Part shown: positions 34,896-44,547 of the stretch, one piece after another
Layout: each line of letters starts with the position of its first letter
How positions within the stretch are numbered: the stretch's first letter is position 1
Source: an uncultured bacterium
GTDB taxonomy: Bacteria; Verrucomicrobiota; Kiritimatiellia; RFP12; CAIWXQ01
DNA: 51,451 nt
Direction: 5' to 3'
Assembly: GCA_903861045.1 (NCBI GenBank)
Contig: CAIOST010000339.1
Span: forward strand, 1-51,451
The notes under the pieces: model-generated
Told to the model about the DNA's origin: nothing
Databases searched by the model: none
Seen by the model: only the letters and a program-made list of their open reading frames with translations
Program-made: the position numbers and the translations under genes

Positions 34896-36509
34896 TTATT
34901 CAATCCTGCCCCAGCGGTGGGAGGCAAAAGGCCAATAGATCATGGATGCCGGTCCCAGCAGGTTGCGACGGGGCACGGCACCCCAGTACCGGCCATCCAG
35001 ACTGTTCCGGGTGTTGTCGCCCATGGCAAAATATTCATCCGTCGCCAATTGAATGCTATCCGCCTCCGTTCGCAGCGCATGCAGATAGCGTCCATCCACC
35101 GCCCCGACTACCTGATAGCCGGCATACGGCGCCGCCCAAGAGGCCAGTTTCTCCCGCCGGGCCACACGCGCGATGGTCGGCGGCGGTGCCGCCAGCGGCG
35201 CCCCATTAATCCAGATTTCCGGCGGATGGATGGCGAGCGTTTCGCCCGGCAACCCACACATGCGTTTGATGTAATGAGTGCCCTGTTGCAACCCATGGAT
35301 CCCCTGCGTGGAAAAGACCATCACTTCGCCACGCTGCGGCCAGCGGAAATTCCAGGCCCAGCGGTTGACAAACACGAAGTCCCCCGTGGTCACAACCCCG
35401 CTCCAGAGCGTCTCCCCGGCTGGATGTTCCACCCCGAACCCGGACAGGAGCGGAAACCAGGGGATCGTCGGATCGCCGGTAACGGCTCCAGTTGCCCAGG
35501 CGGACAAAACCGGATACAAAAGCTCGCAAACCTGTCGCTCCACGTCCGCCTCCACCACGCGGCGTTGCCCCTGCTCTTCGCAGACGCGGTAGGCGACGAG
35601 CACCGCGTTCCACCACGCGGCCTCCCGCCCCGATCCCGTTCGCTGGGCCCAATCGACAAGGGCCGTCACAACCGGGGCCACCTTCTGCCATGCCATGGCC
35701 CTGGCCTCGTCCGTAGCATTCGGCGCGGCCGCCGCCTGCATCCAATAGGCCAACTGGCGCAACGACTCTGCCGTTTGTTTCTGCCGCGGCGCATCCGGCA
35801 CCCAATTTCGCTGAAAAAGTCCCGTCTGGCGGGCACAGACATCATTCGGCAGGAAATAGAGTTCATAGCCGCGATCAAACCAAGACAACCCTACGCGTCC
35901 CCCCACCGATGCAAGCAGGCGGACCAGCGGTGCTTCCCGTCGGATCACCGCCTCCGTAGGCAAAGCACCTGGCCAACGGCCACAAGCCACCGTGGTATAC
36001 CCCGGCACCCGGTCATCGCCCCACAACACCGCCACCTTGCCGGGGCGCCGCGTCTCCACCTGCGTGAACCACTCGCCCGCCCACAGCCAGTTGGCCATCT
36101 TCATCCCCGGCAGATCCCGTGTGCGCGGCGCCGCTTGCTCGACCGAACTGATCCCATAGAGCGTTGGCTGCATGGAACCGGTAGGAATCTGAAATGGCTG
36201 ATAAAAGTAGGCGCGAAATGCCATGGCCACACCCAGCGCCACCACCAGCACTTCAAAGTTCTCTCGCCAGCCGGGCATGGCACAGGGCGGCGTCAAGGCC
36301 TCGATGCGCGCCCCGAGCGATTCGCAGGCTGCGGGCAACGCTCCGTCGTCGCGTGAGCGGTGCGCCTGTACCGCGCCCTGAATGGCCGCATCCAGGGCGG
36401 AGAGTTCAGCGGGGGGGAGCAGATCCTCGCGCATATGGCGCAACCCACGGGCGTGATGCAACAGGGCTTGCAAATGGTTGCGTTGTTTGCGGCGTTGCCA
36501 GAAATTCAT
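34896..36509 (-). CDS. lepB: Signal peptidase I (S26), atypically long (537 aa)
   Basis: Box B IPTGSMQPTL, box D YIKRMCGLPGETL, box E AMGDNTRNSLDGRYWG. It has an ~80-aa N-terminal extension and an ~250-aa insertion. Confidence 0.8.
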   Translation of the reverse strand: MNFWQRRKQRNHLQALLHHARGLRHMREDLLPPAELSALDAAIQGAVQAHRSRDDGALPAACESLGARIEALTPPCAMPGWRENFEVLVVALGVAMAFRAYFYQPFQIPTGSMQPTLYGISSVEQAAPRTRDLPGMKMANWLWAGEWFTQVETRRPGKVAVLWGDDRVPGYTTVACGRWPGALPTEAVIRREAPLVRLLASVGGRVGLSWFDRGYELYFLPNDVCARQTGLFQRNWVPDAPRQKQTAESLRQLAYWMQAAAAPNATDEARAMAWQKVAPVVTALVDWAQRTGSGREAAWWNAVLVAYRVCEEQGQRRVVEADVERQVCELLYPVLSAWATGAVTGDPTIPWFPLLSGFGVEHPAGETLWSGVVTTGDFVFVNRWAWNFRWPQRGEVMVFSTQGIHGLQQGTHYIKRMCGLPGETLAIHPPEIWINGAPLAAPPPTIARVARREKLASWAAPYAGYQVVGAVDGRYLHALRTEADSIQLATDEYFAMGDNTRNSLDGRYWGAVPRRNLLGPASMIYWPFASHRWGRIE

Positions 36510-36557
36510 GAGAGATCCAAAAGTGGTTTACGCGGTACAGCGCGCGTACGCGGCTGC

Positions 36558-38378
36558 TTATTCGTTCTCGCTGCGCCCCCCGCGCAACACGGCGATGAAC
36601 GCATGTTGCGGCACATTGACCGTGCCGAACTCCTTCATGCGTTTTTTGCCTTCCTTCTGCTTCTTGAGCACCTTCTGTTTGCGCGTGACATCGCCACCAT
36701 AGAGCTTGGCCGTCACGTCCTTGCGGAAGGGGCGAATATCCTCGCGTGCAATGACATTACGCCCGATGGCGGCCTGCACCGGAATCTTGAACATGTGGGC
36801 AGGAATCGTATCCGCCAAGGCTTTACAGATCTGCCGGCCACGGCCGACGGCCTTGTCGCGGTGCACCATCACGGAGAAGGCGTCCACGATTTCGCCGTTC
36901 AGCATTACATCCATGCGCACGATGTCACTGACCTGGTGGCCGGCGGGTTCATAGTCCATGGAAGCGTACCCGCGACTGAGGCTTTTGAGGGTGTCATGGA
37001 AGTCAATCAGGATCTCATTCAACGGCAGTCGGCAGGTCATGATCACGCGCTTGGCATCCACACTCTCCGTGGCCTGCATCTCGCCACGGCGTTCCATGAC
37101 CAGGCGCAGCATATCGCCGATGCAGGTGTTGGGGCAGATGATCGTGGCTTTGATCATCGGCTCCTCAATGCGATCAATGCGCGTCACATCCGGCAGGTGT
37201 ACCGGATTATCAACCTCCATCACGTCGCCGTTGCTGAGGTGGACGCGGTAGACCACGCCTGGGTGCGTGTTGATGATATCGAGATCAAACTCGCGGCGCA
37301 ACCGCTCCTGCACCACCTCCATGTGCAGCAACCCGAGAAAGCCGCAACGATAGCCAAAACCCAGCGCCACGGAACTCTCCGGATGGAAGGTAAAGGCCGA
37401 GTCGTTCAGATGCAGTTTTTCCAGCCCCTGGCGCACCTTTTCATACTCATCACTGCTGACCGGATAAATGCCGCTGAAAACCATCGGCCGGATTTCTTTG
37501 AAGCCCGGCAGCAGTTCGGTGGCACCATCCTTGGCACAGGTCACGGTATCGCCGATCTTGATCTCGCTGGGGTCCTTGATGGTGCCCACGAGATACCCCA
37601 CCTGCCCCGCCTCGAGCACTGGCACCTGTTTCTGGTCCGGACTGAAGACCCCCACCTCTCGCACCTGTGTGGCCACACCGCTGCCCATGAAGCGTACGCT
37701 GTCCCCCACCTTAATACGGCCATCCACCACACGGACGTAGGTGATCACGCCGCGAAAGACATCAAACACGGAATCAAAGACTAGCGCCCGCAGTACCGCA
37801 TCCGAGCCGCGTGTTTTGGGGGGTGGAATGCGCTGCACCACGGCTTCCAGCACATCGGGGACGTTCAGCCCGGTTTTCCCACTAATCAGTAGCGGGTGGT
37901 CCATGGAGATGCCCAGAATGTCCTCGACCTGGCGTTTGACCTCCTCGACGTTGGCCGTGGGCAGGTCCACCTTATTAATGACCGGGATCACTTCCAGCCC
38001 GTTGCCAATGGCCAGATAGGCATTCGCCACGGTCTGCGCCTCCACGCCCTGCGCCGCATCAATCAGCAGAATAGCGCCTTCGCAGGCGCCCATGCTGCGC
38101 GAGACCTCATAGGAGAAGTCCACATGGCCGGGGGTGTCAATGAGGTTAAATCGGTACGTCTGGCCATCCTTGGCCGTATAGTGCATGGAGACCGGGTGGC
38201 ATTTGATGGTAATGCCACGCTCGCGCTCCAGATCCATGGCATCGAGCGTCTGCTCGCGCATGAGGCGCATCTCGATGGTCTTGGTCAGTTCGAGGATGCG
38301 ATCCGACAGCGTCGTTTTGCCATGATCAACATGGGCAATGATGCAGAAGTTGCGTGTCTGTGCGACTGTTTGTTCCAT
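36558..38378 (-). CDS. lepA: Elongation factor 4 (LepA)
   Basis: NFCIIAHVDHGKTTLSDR, DTPGHVDF and the LepA-specific C-terminal domain. 606 aa. Confidence 0.95.
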   Translation of the reverse strand: MEQTVAQTRNFCIIAHVDHGKTTLSDRILELTKTIEMRLMREQTLDAMDLERERGITIKCHPVSMHYTAKDGQTYRFNLIDTPGHVDFSYEVSRSMGACEGAILLIDAAQGVEAQTVANAYLAIGNGLEVIPVINKVDLPTANVEEVKRQVEDILGISMDHPLLISGKTGLNVPDVLEAVVQRIPPPKTRGSDAVLRALVFDSVFDVFRGVITYVRVVDGRIKVGDSVRFMGSGVATQVREVGVFSPDQKQVPVLEAGQVGYLVGTIKDPSEIKIGDTVTCAKDGATELLPGFKEIRPMVFSGIYPVSSDEYEKVRQGLEKLHLNDSAFTFHPESSVALGFGYRCGFLGLLHMEVVQERLRREFDLDIINTHPGVVYRVHLSNGDVMEVDNPVHLPDVTRIDRIEEPMIKATIICPNTCIGDMLRLVMERRGEMQATESVDAKRVIMTCRLPLNEILIDFHDTLKSLSRGYASMDYEPAGHQVSDIVRMDVMLNGEIVDAFSVMVHRDKAVGRGRQICKALADTIPAHMFKIPVQAAIGRNVIAREDIRPFRKDVTAKLYGGDVTRKQKVLKKQKEGKKRMKEFGTVNVPQHAFIAVLRGGRSENE

Positions 38379-38432
38379 GGTTTTTTTTTGCCGGATCGGT
38401 CATTACCGGGCCGATCCATCCGGTTGCAATCC

Positions 38433-39122
38433 TCATCCCTGGCACATGCGTCCGTAGGCGGCGGTGGTTGCCGCACGCATTTCGGACACTCCGGCACGCA
38501 TATCCGCCAGCCGGAAAAGCGCGCTTCCCGCTATGAACCCATTGGCGCCATGCGCGGCACAATCCGCCGCCGTACCGTTATTAATGCCGCCATCCACCAG
38601 CAGGCCCAACTTCCCCTGCCCCAGGCGATCGGCCTCCCGACGGATGTCCGCCAGTTTTGCTAGCATCCCCGGCAGGAACGGCTGGCCGCCATAGCCGGGC
38701 TCCACGGTCATCACCAATACTTCGTCAACCTCCGCCAGAAAGGGAAAAACGGCGGCGGCGGGCGTGGCGGGTTTGAGCGTCAGCCCCGTACGCACCCCGG
38801 ACTGCCGGATCTGCGCCAGCGTGCGCGACAAATCGCAGGCGGCCTCGACATGGATCAGCAGGGACGCTGCGCCGGCATCGATAAAGCGATCCATCAGCAG
38901 ATGCGGATGGGTCATCATCAAATGCACATGCAACGGCAGGCCGGGCACGGTTCGATGGGCCATGGCGGTCACATCCGGGCCGAAACTCAGATTCGGGACA
39001 AAATGGGCATCCATGATGTCCACATGCAGCGCATCCGCCCCAGCCGCCGCCACGCGGCGGCATTCTTCGGCCAAACAGCCGTAATCGGCCGCCAACAAAG
39101 ATGGTAGGATGGCAATGTCCAT
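38433..39122 (-). CDS. rpe: Ribulose-phosphate 3-epimerase
   Basis: ILPSLLAADYGCLAEE...HVDIMDAHFVPNLSFGP...HLMMTHP. 229 aa. Confidence 0.9.
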   Translation of the reverse strand: MDIAILPSLLAADYGCLAEECRRVAAAGADALHVDIMDAHFVPNLSFGPDVTAMAHRTVPGLPLHVHLMMTHPHLLMDRFIDAGAASLLIHVEAACDLSRTLAQIRQSGVRTGLTLKPATPAAAVFPFLAEVDEVLVMTVEPGYGGQPFLPGMLAKLADIRREADRLGQGKLGLLVDGGINNGTAADCAAHGANGFIAGSALFRLADMRAGVSEMRAATTAAYGRMCQG

Positions 39123-39269
39123 GGGTCCCTAGTGTCGCAGATCAAATCGCAAAAAGCAACGTTTGCGCAACCCACTACCCTGTCTGGCGCTGTGGCGCGC
39201 GTATCGGGCACGCGCCCCCAGCCATCGCCTACCCAAAAAACCAAAGAAGTCTACATTATCGCTAAGAAG

Positions 39270-39346
39270 TGGTAGGCCGAGCGGGGATCGAACCCGCGAC
39301 CCCGTGATTAAAAGTCACGTGCTCTACCGAACTGAGCTATCGGCCT
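39270..39346 (-). tRNA. tRNA-Lys (anticodon UUU), encoded CCA
   Basis: The minus-strand read AGGCCGAUAGCUCAGUUCGGUAGAGCACGUGACUUUUAAUCACGGGGUCGCGGGUUCGAUCCCCGCUCGGCCUACCA folds as a cloverleaf. Acceptor AGGCCGA/UCGGCCU, anticodon loop CUUUUAA, T-loop GTTCGATC. Confidence 0.9.
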
Positions 39347-39460
39347 GCATTGGTGCGCGCACATAGAAACAGATTTAGCCGCGTGTGTCAATTCGTACCG
39401 CAACGCGCACGTCACTTACTACCCTACGGTGCGGCGGCCCGCACGCGCGATCGGCGCGCC

Positions 39461-39489
39461 GGCGCAAAAAAGCGCACGTCCCGTGCGGG
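39461..39489 (-). terminator. Rho-independent terminator downstream of opgH
   Basis: On the minus strand, CGCACG-GGA-CGTGCG hairpin followed by CTTTTTTG. Confidence 0.55.
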
Positions 39490-39498
39490 CCTAGGACC

Positions 39499-41754
39499 TC
39501 ACGGCTGTAACAGATGGACCTGACGGCCGGACATCAGGTTATACTGGCTCATGGCCACGCGCCACCAAGGTGCCAATTCGCGATCCGGTTGCAACCAGAT
39601 GCGCGAGTGCAGATCCAGCACCACGCCGGGATGCAACAGCAAGGCCATCTGCTCGCGTTTACTGAGTGCGGCCGGCCCCTCTTTCAGCACGCGTTCGACC
39701 AGCAATCGATAATACCCTCCCACCTCATGATCAGTCTTACCGCCGCGCTGCCGCAGCAGCGCCACATGCACAGAATTCACCAGTGGGTCCAGAATCACCT
39801 GCATGAACCCGCGATGCAACCAGAGCGCCTGCGGCGGCGGGACGACCTCCTCATAGGCTGAGAGCCGTTGCGTATATTCGGCGACTTCCCGGCACGGCAA
39901 GGTCTCCGTGGGTGTGACCAACAGACGTGCGCGCCGCAGCAGATCACTGAACCCCTGGTGGCTCAGCAGAATCGAGAGCGGCACGGACAACACCATGCCG
40001 AGCAGCACCGGCGACATCCAGAGCAGGAAATGCGGCGAAATACGCAACGCCAGCAAACTCCAGGCCAGCCCGATCAAAACGTGACTCCAATGCGTCAACA
40101 TGGCTTCCCGCCAATCCACGCCGGCGAAGTCACGATTCTGCGTCGTCCAGTGCACGGTTCGCCCCAGCCAGACCGAGACCACGAAGACGGTGCCGAAGAG
40201 CATCTGGATGGGTGCTATCAGCGTGGCCACCACTTGTTCGATAAGCACACTACACACCAACCGGAAGGCACCACCAAAACGGCGGCACAGATCCGCCCGT
40301 TTCAGGATCACCAGTGTCGCTAGGATCTTCGGCAGGAAGAGCATCGTCATCATGACACCAAAGAGATACAGCGGCATCAGATCCAGCCAAGGCCATTGCA
40401 GGCGGTGCGCACTCCGGATAATAAAGCCCGTGCTCTCCACATCCACCATTGCGCCAGGCACGGTGCTCCGATACCAGAGGAACGTCCCTGCCAGCAGGAA
40501 CAAGAGCCAAAGCAAGGACGAGACATACGAGAACACGCCCAGCCCGAGATGTAACCGGCTCATGGGGCGGAACCCTTTGGCAAATAACAGCCAGGCATGC
40601 TGCATGTTCCCCCGGCACCAGCGCAAATCGCGTTTGGCGTGATCAATCAAGGTGGGCGGCCCACCTTCAAAGCTACCGGGCAGATCATAGGCTAGCAAAA
40701 CTTTATAGCCAAACTTGGCCATGAGGGCGGCTTCCACATAATCATGACTCATGTATTTTGTCGCGGCCCCACCACCAGGCAGGTCCGGCAGTCCGCAATG
40801 TTCAATAAACGGCTTCAAGCGAATAATCGCATTATGCCCCCAATAATTCCCCTCATCCAACTGCCAATAATGCTGGCCGGCGCTGAAGATCGGGCCATAG
40901 GCGGCACTGGCAAACTGCATTAACCGCGCAAAAGGCGTGACGCCCCCGCACAGCACCGGCGAACTCTGGATAATCCCCACGCGCGGGTCGGCCTCCATCA
41001 GGGCCACCATGTTCACCAGCGTGCGTCCTGCCATCAGACTGTCGGCATCTAGCACCAGCATGTAGCGATAGCGCCCCCCCCAGCGCCGGCAGAAGTCGGC
41101 AATGTTGCCGCTTTTCCGGTTGATCGGCATGCGGCGACGACGGTAAAAAATGCGTCCGAAGCCTTTCACCTGCTTGCAAAGTTCAACCCAGGCGGCCTCC
41201 TCCTCGATCCACTTATTCGGATCGTTGGAGTCGCTCAAAATAAAGAAATCAAACCGTGCCAGGGCGTCCATCCGGCTGAGCGAATGATAAATGACTCGCA
41301 ACCCTTCATACACTTCGCGCACGTTCTCGTTGTAAATAGGCATCACAATCGCCGTTACCGGCAACTGATCGGGCTGGATCGTGTTGGGCAGCAGGCTGGT
41401 AATCCTGGTGCTGTCGTGCCCCCGGGCGAGCACCAGATAGCCTGCGCAGGCCTGTACAAACCCCTGCGCCACCATCGCACAGAGGGGGATAAACAGCACC
41501 AGCAACAACACCCGCGGCGCGGAGAAGTGCAAGGACCAGAGAATATCGCCGAACACGGCCGTCGCGAGGGCCGTAATCAAGACCACGGCCGAAAAGAACA
41601 GAAAGCGCCGACGCTGGCGTCGCTCAGGCGTGACCAGCGGTTTGGCGGTTAAGGTCGCATCCCACGCACCGGCCTCGAAGGCATGCTCGGCATGCTCCGC
41701 GGCAGGTGTAACCGGGGGGAGTTCTGTCGAAAGGGGCGCATCACTCATACACAA
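39499..41754 (-). CDS. opgH: Glucans biosynthesis glucosyltransferase H (OpgH/MdoH), GT2 family
   Basis: 751 aa, polytopic. DxD (LVLDADSLM) and a QxxRW-like motif (RDLRWCRGNMQH). Length and topology are typical of OpgH. Confidence 0.85.
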   Translation of the reverse strand: MCMSDAPLSTELPPVTPAAEHAEHAFEAGAWDATLTAKPLVTPERRQRRRFLFFSAVVLITALATAVFGDILWSLHFSAPRVLLLVLFIPLCAMVAQGFVQACAGYLVLARGHDSTRITSLLPNTIQPDQLPVTAIVMPIYNENVREVYEGLRVIYHSLSRMDALARFDFFILSDSNDPNKWIEEEAAWVELCKQVKGFGRIFYRRRRMPINRKSGNIADFCRRWGGRYRYMLVLDADSLMAGRTLVNMVALMEADPRVGIIQSSPVLCGGVTPFARLMQFASAAYGPIFSAGQHYWQLDEGNYWGHNAIIRLKPFIEHCGLPDLPGGGAATKYMSHDYVEAALMAKFGYKVLLAYDLPGSFEGGPPTLIDHAKRDLRWCRGNMQHAWLLFAKGFRPMSRLHLGLGVFSYVSSLLWLLFLLAGTFLWYRSTVPGAMVDVESTGFIIRSAHRLQWPWLDLMPLYLFGVMMTMLFLPKILATLVILKRADLCRRFGGAFRLVCSVLIEQVVATLIAPIQMLFGTVFVVSVWLGRTVHWTTQNRDFAGVDWREAMLTHWSHVLIGLAWSLLALRISPHFLLWMSPVLLGMVLSVPLSILLSHQGFSDLLRRARLLVTPTETLPCREVAEYTQRLSAYEEVVPPPQALWLHRGFMQVILDPLVNSVHVALLRQRGGKTDHEVGGYYRLLVERVLKEGPAALSKREQMALLLHPGVVLDLHSRIWLQPDRELAPWWRVAMSQYNLMSGRQVHLLQP

Positions 41755-41757
41755 AAC

Positions 41758-42354
41758 TCACCACGTGCGGGATTTATAGAACAGGACGGCAAACAGGATC
41801 AACATCAGCAGCCAAACCACCAGGGCTTGCAAGATCGGCCAGCGGTTCAGCGAGCCCAGCGTATCGCCGGCGATCTCTGGAAACCAGCCATAATCAATCG
41901 CGCGCGGCACCATGTTATTGATTTCCAGGTTGGGCCCTGCCACCAGCATACTGGCACGCATCTCCTTGACAAATTCCGGGGGAAAATCATCATCGGACAG
42001 GAAGGCATACGGCCAGCGATCCGGTCCATCGCAGAGCAGCAACGCGACCCGGCCGTCCACCAGGGAGTAGCGGCCGTCCTCAGCGGTTGGTTGCATCAAT
42101 CGTGCAAACCACGCTTTCATCATATGCTGCGTTTCGCGAATGGCCAAGGTGGAGAGCGCATCGCCGCAGTCCGACGGACCGCGCTCCGCCACGCGCTGCA
42201 GGATGGTATGAATCAGGCGTGCGCGGTGCAGACGGCTGTTGATACGGCAAGCACGAAGGTAGTTTTCCACCTTCTCGTAGGCTTCGTTCCACTCCTCGGG
42301 CGAACCCCAAATCGGAACAAAGAGGGTCAATGTGTCACCAGCGGATAGGTCCAT
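41758..42354 (-). CDS. Hypothetical protein with C-terminal TM anchor, inserted between opgG and opgH
   Basis: 198-aa ORF with balanced composition, not the Arg/Ala/Gly-rich pattern of antisense ORFs. It overlaps the opgG 3' end by 28 nt and stops 4 nt before the opgH start. C-terminal helix ILQALVVWLLMLILFAVLF. Confidence 0.45.
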   Translation of the reverse strand: MDLSAGDTLTLFVPIWGSPEEWNEAYEKVENYLRACRINSRLHRARLIHTILQRVAERGPSDCGDALSTLAIRETQHMMKAWFARLMQPTAEDGRYSLVDGRVALLLCDGPDRWPYAFLSDDDFPPEFVKEMRASMLVAGPNLEINNMVPRAIDYGWFPEIAGDTLGSLNRWPILQALVVWLLMLILFAVLFYKSRTW

Positions 42355-43823
42355 GTTTCACTCAATGCGTTACCATCCTTGTCGCGCAGGACAACCTGAA
42401 GCGACACCGGCTTCCCGGCTATGGTATCCATCACTTCAAAGCCCAACCGCCAGCCATGGATTTCCGGATTGGCCAGCATATGCACGCCATGCAGTTTACC
42501 CTGGTCGAGCGAGATGTCTGGCAGCGGTTCCTTCTGCGAAGCGCGTGCGAGTCGTCCGCCGGCAAAATCCAGTACCACGCGGCGCCCGGCGACAAACGAA
42601 TTCACGGCGCGGGCCATGGGTGGCCAAGCGGGGTTATCCAAAAACCAATGCAGCCGCCAGGCGGCTTCCAACGGTTTGCCCGGCAACAGCGGCGCGGATG
42701 GTTGCCAATACGCCACAATGTTGTCGCCATATTCATTCCAGGTCGGCAGTTCGGCCAGCATCACATAGCCGAACCCCCAGTCGCCCCGTGGCTCCACCCA
42801 GACGCTCGGCCGTTTATGGTAATTCGCCTCGATGTCCTCATAACTGGTGTAGCGGCGATCGCGCTGCAGCAAACCGAAGCCACGCGGATTACGGGCGGTC
42901 AGGCGCTGCTCCTGCAAATACTGGGGGTTCCGCAACGGTCGCCACAGCCAGGCGCCGTCGCTGCGCGACAACAGCAACCCGTCCGCGTCATGCACTTCCG
43001 GACGGAATTCGCCATGATGATTAACCGTGTTTTCGCCAAACCAATACATGCTCGTGAGCGTCCCCAAACCATACCTGGTCAGGGGATGGCGGGCATACAA
43101 CACACATTGGACATCCACAATCGTGTCTGCGCCTGGATAAACGGTGAAGCGATAGGCGCCGCACACGCTAATGCTGTCCATCAACGCATCAATCACCAGA
43201 TTGGTGGCATTGGCCTCGGGCCGTTCGATCCAGAACTGTACAAAGCGCGGAAACTCCTCCTTATCCTCACAGCAGGAATTCACCGCCAAACCGCGAGCCG
43301 AAGTTCCGTAAATTTGCCCCTTGCCCAGAGCCCGGAAATACGAAACACCGAGAAACGAGATCAATTCGTCAAACTTACCCGGCTCATTCAACTGCTGCAG
43401 CACCCGGAAGCCGGCATAGCCAAGCGTATCGGGCAATTCCGCCTGGTTGACCGGCAACTGGTGATACAAAAAGCGGCTGGCTGAAAAAGGCAATGGCGTG
43501 GCTTGCCCACCCGCCACGGTGTGCAAAGAAATACCCTGCCGCTGCAGCGGACCGCCCAAATGATACATCATCAACCGGAAGGGGAGGTTTTCGGTGCGCC
43601 AGATGGCCTGATTAGAATCAAACTCGATGCATCGCATTTCATCATAACACAACTTGTCGAGGGAACTCGGCAAGCTGGTGGGAGCCTCCTGATATGGCGT
43701 CGTCGCCCGCACCTCCGCCAAGGCGCGCACCTGCTCAAAGTTTCCCGCTGCCTCTGCCAGGCAGCCACAGACGGCCCAGCCGCTGATGGCCGCCAGCATC
43801 AGACCACGTTGTAGTGTATTCAT
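42327..43823 (-). CDS. opgG: Periplasmic glucan biosynthesis protein OpgG/MdoG (OpgD-like)
   Basis: Signal peptide MNTLQRGLMLAAISGWAVCGC. Conserved MdoG-family blocks: FRLMMYHLGGPLQ, YAGFRVL, FLGVSYFRALG and VIDALMDS. Confidence 0.85.
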   Translation of the reverse strand: MNTLQRGLMLAAISGWAVCGCLAEAAGNFEQVRALAEVRATTPYQEAPTSLPSSLDKLCYDEMRCIEFDSNQAIWRTENLPFRLMMYHLGGPLQRQGISLHTVAGGQATPLPFSASRFLYHQLPVNQAELPDTLGYAGFRVLQQLNEPGKFDELISFLGVSYFRALGKGQIYGTSARGLAVNSCCEDKEEFPRFVQFWIERPEANATNLVIDALMDSISVCGAYRFTVYPGADTIVDVQCVLYARHPLTRYGLGTLTSMYWFGENTVNHHGEFRPEVHDADGLLLSRSDGAWLWRPLRNPQYLQEQRLTARNPRGFGLLQRDRRYTSYEDIEANYHKRPSVWVEPRGDWGFGYVMLAELPTWNEYGDNIVAYWQPSAPLLPGKPLEAAWRLHWFLDNPAWPPMARAVNSFVAGRRVVLDFAGGRLARASQKEPLPDISLDQGKLHGVHMLANPEIHGWRLGFEVMDTIAGKPVSLQVVLRDKDGNALSETWTYPLVTH

Positions 43824-43970
43824 TTGCCGCCCTATTTTACCGTTCCGAGGGCACAACTCCAGCGAAAATTACAGAAGCAAAATCCTGATTGCACAACCAC
43901 GACAACCTCGCTACCCTACCGATACGCAAAGCAAAGACCCGCGCGCGGCAGCCGGGCAAGGAGAACGTTC

Positions 43971-44540
43971 ATGGCCAACCCTCGTACATTGCAGCAACTA
44001 CAGGAATCATTGGAAGACGCCTTTTTTTTGGAGCAGGAGCGCAAGATTCTGGAAAACCGGCGGGCCCAGCGACAGCTTGAAGAGAACAAGCAGAACCTGG
44101 CGGCCGCCTCCGGCATTCAGAACGAAGCCGTGCTGGCGCGGCTGGTCGCCTTGCAGGTGCGGCCCGAGACGCTGGCCTCGCTGGCGCTGGTGCCGCTGGT
44201 TGAAGTCGCTTGGTGTGATGGCGAAGTAACCGGGGACGAACGCACCGCCGTGCTCCACGCCTCCCGCCAGGCCGCCGCGAAGCAACCCGGGCTGGACCAC
44301 GAATTGCTCGCGCAGTGGCTGACACATCGACCGGCGCCCGAGTTATTCACGGCTTGGGAACAGTATGTCCACGGTTTGCGCGGCTTGCTGAGCCCAGCCG
44401 AGACACTCGCCCTGCAACAGGAAATCGTAACCCATGCCCGTCAGATCGCCCGCTCCAGCGGCGGCCTACTAGGATTAGGTACGGTTTCCGCGGCGGAACG
44501 GGCTGTCCTCACACGTATCGAAGCCGCCTTCACCTCTTGA
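43971..44540 (+). CDS. TerB-like domain protein
   Basis: LVPLVEVAWCDGEVTGDERTAVL plus a second half-motif ...IARSSGG..VSAAERAVLTRIEAAF resemble the bipartite TerB fold signature. Start taken at MANPRTLQQ. Confidence 0.4.
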   Translation: MANPRTLQQLQESLEDAFFLEQERKILENRRAQRQLEENKQNLAAASGIQNEAVLARLVALQVRPETLASLALVPLVEVAWCDGEVTGDERTAVLHASRQAAAKQPGLDHELLAQWLTHRPAPELFTAWEQYVHGLRGLLSPAETLALQQEIVTHARQIARSSGGLLGLGTVSAAERAVLTRIEAAFTS

Positions 44541-44547
44541 ACCACCC

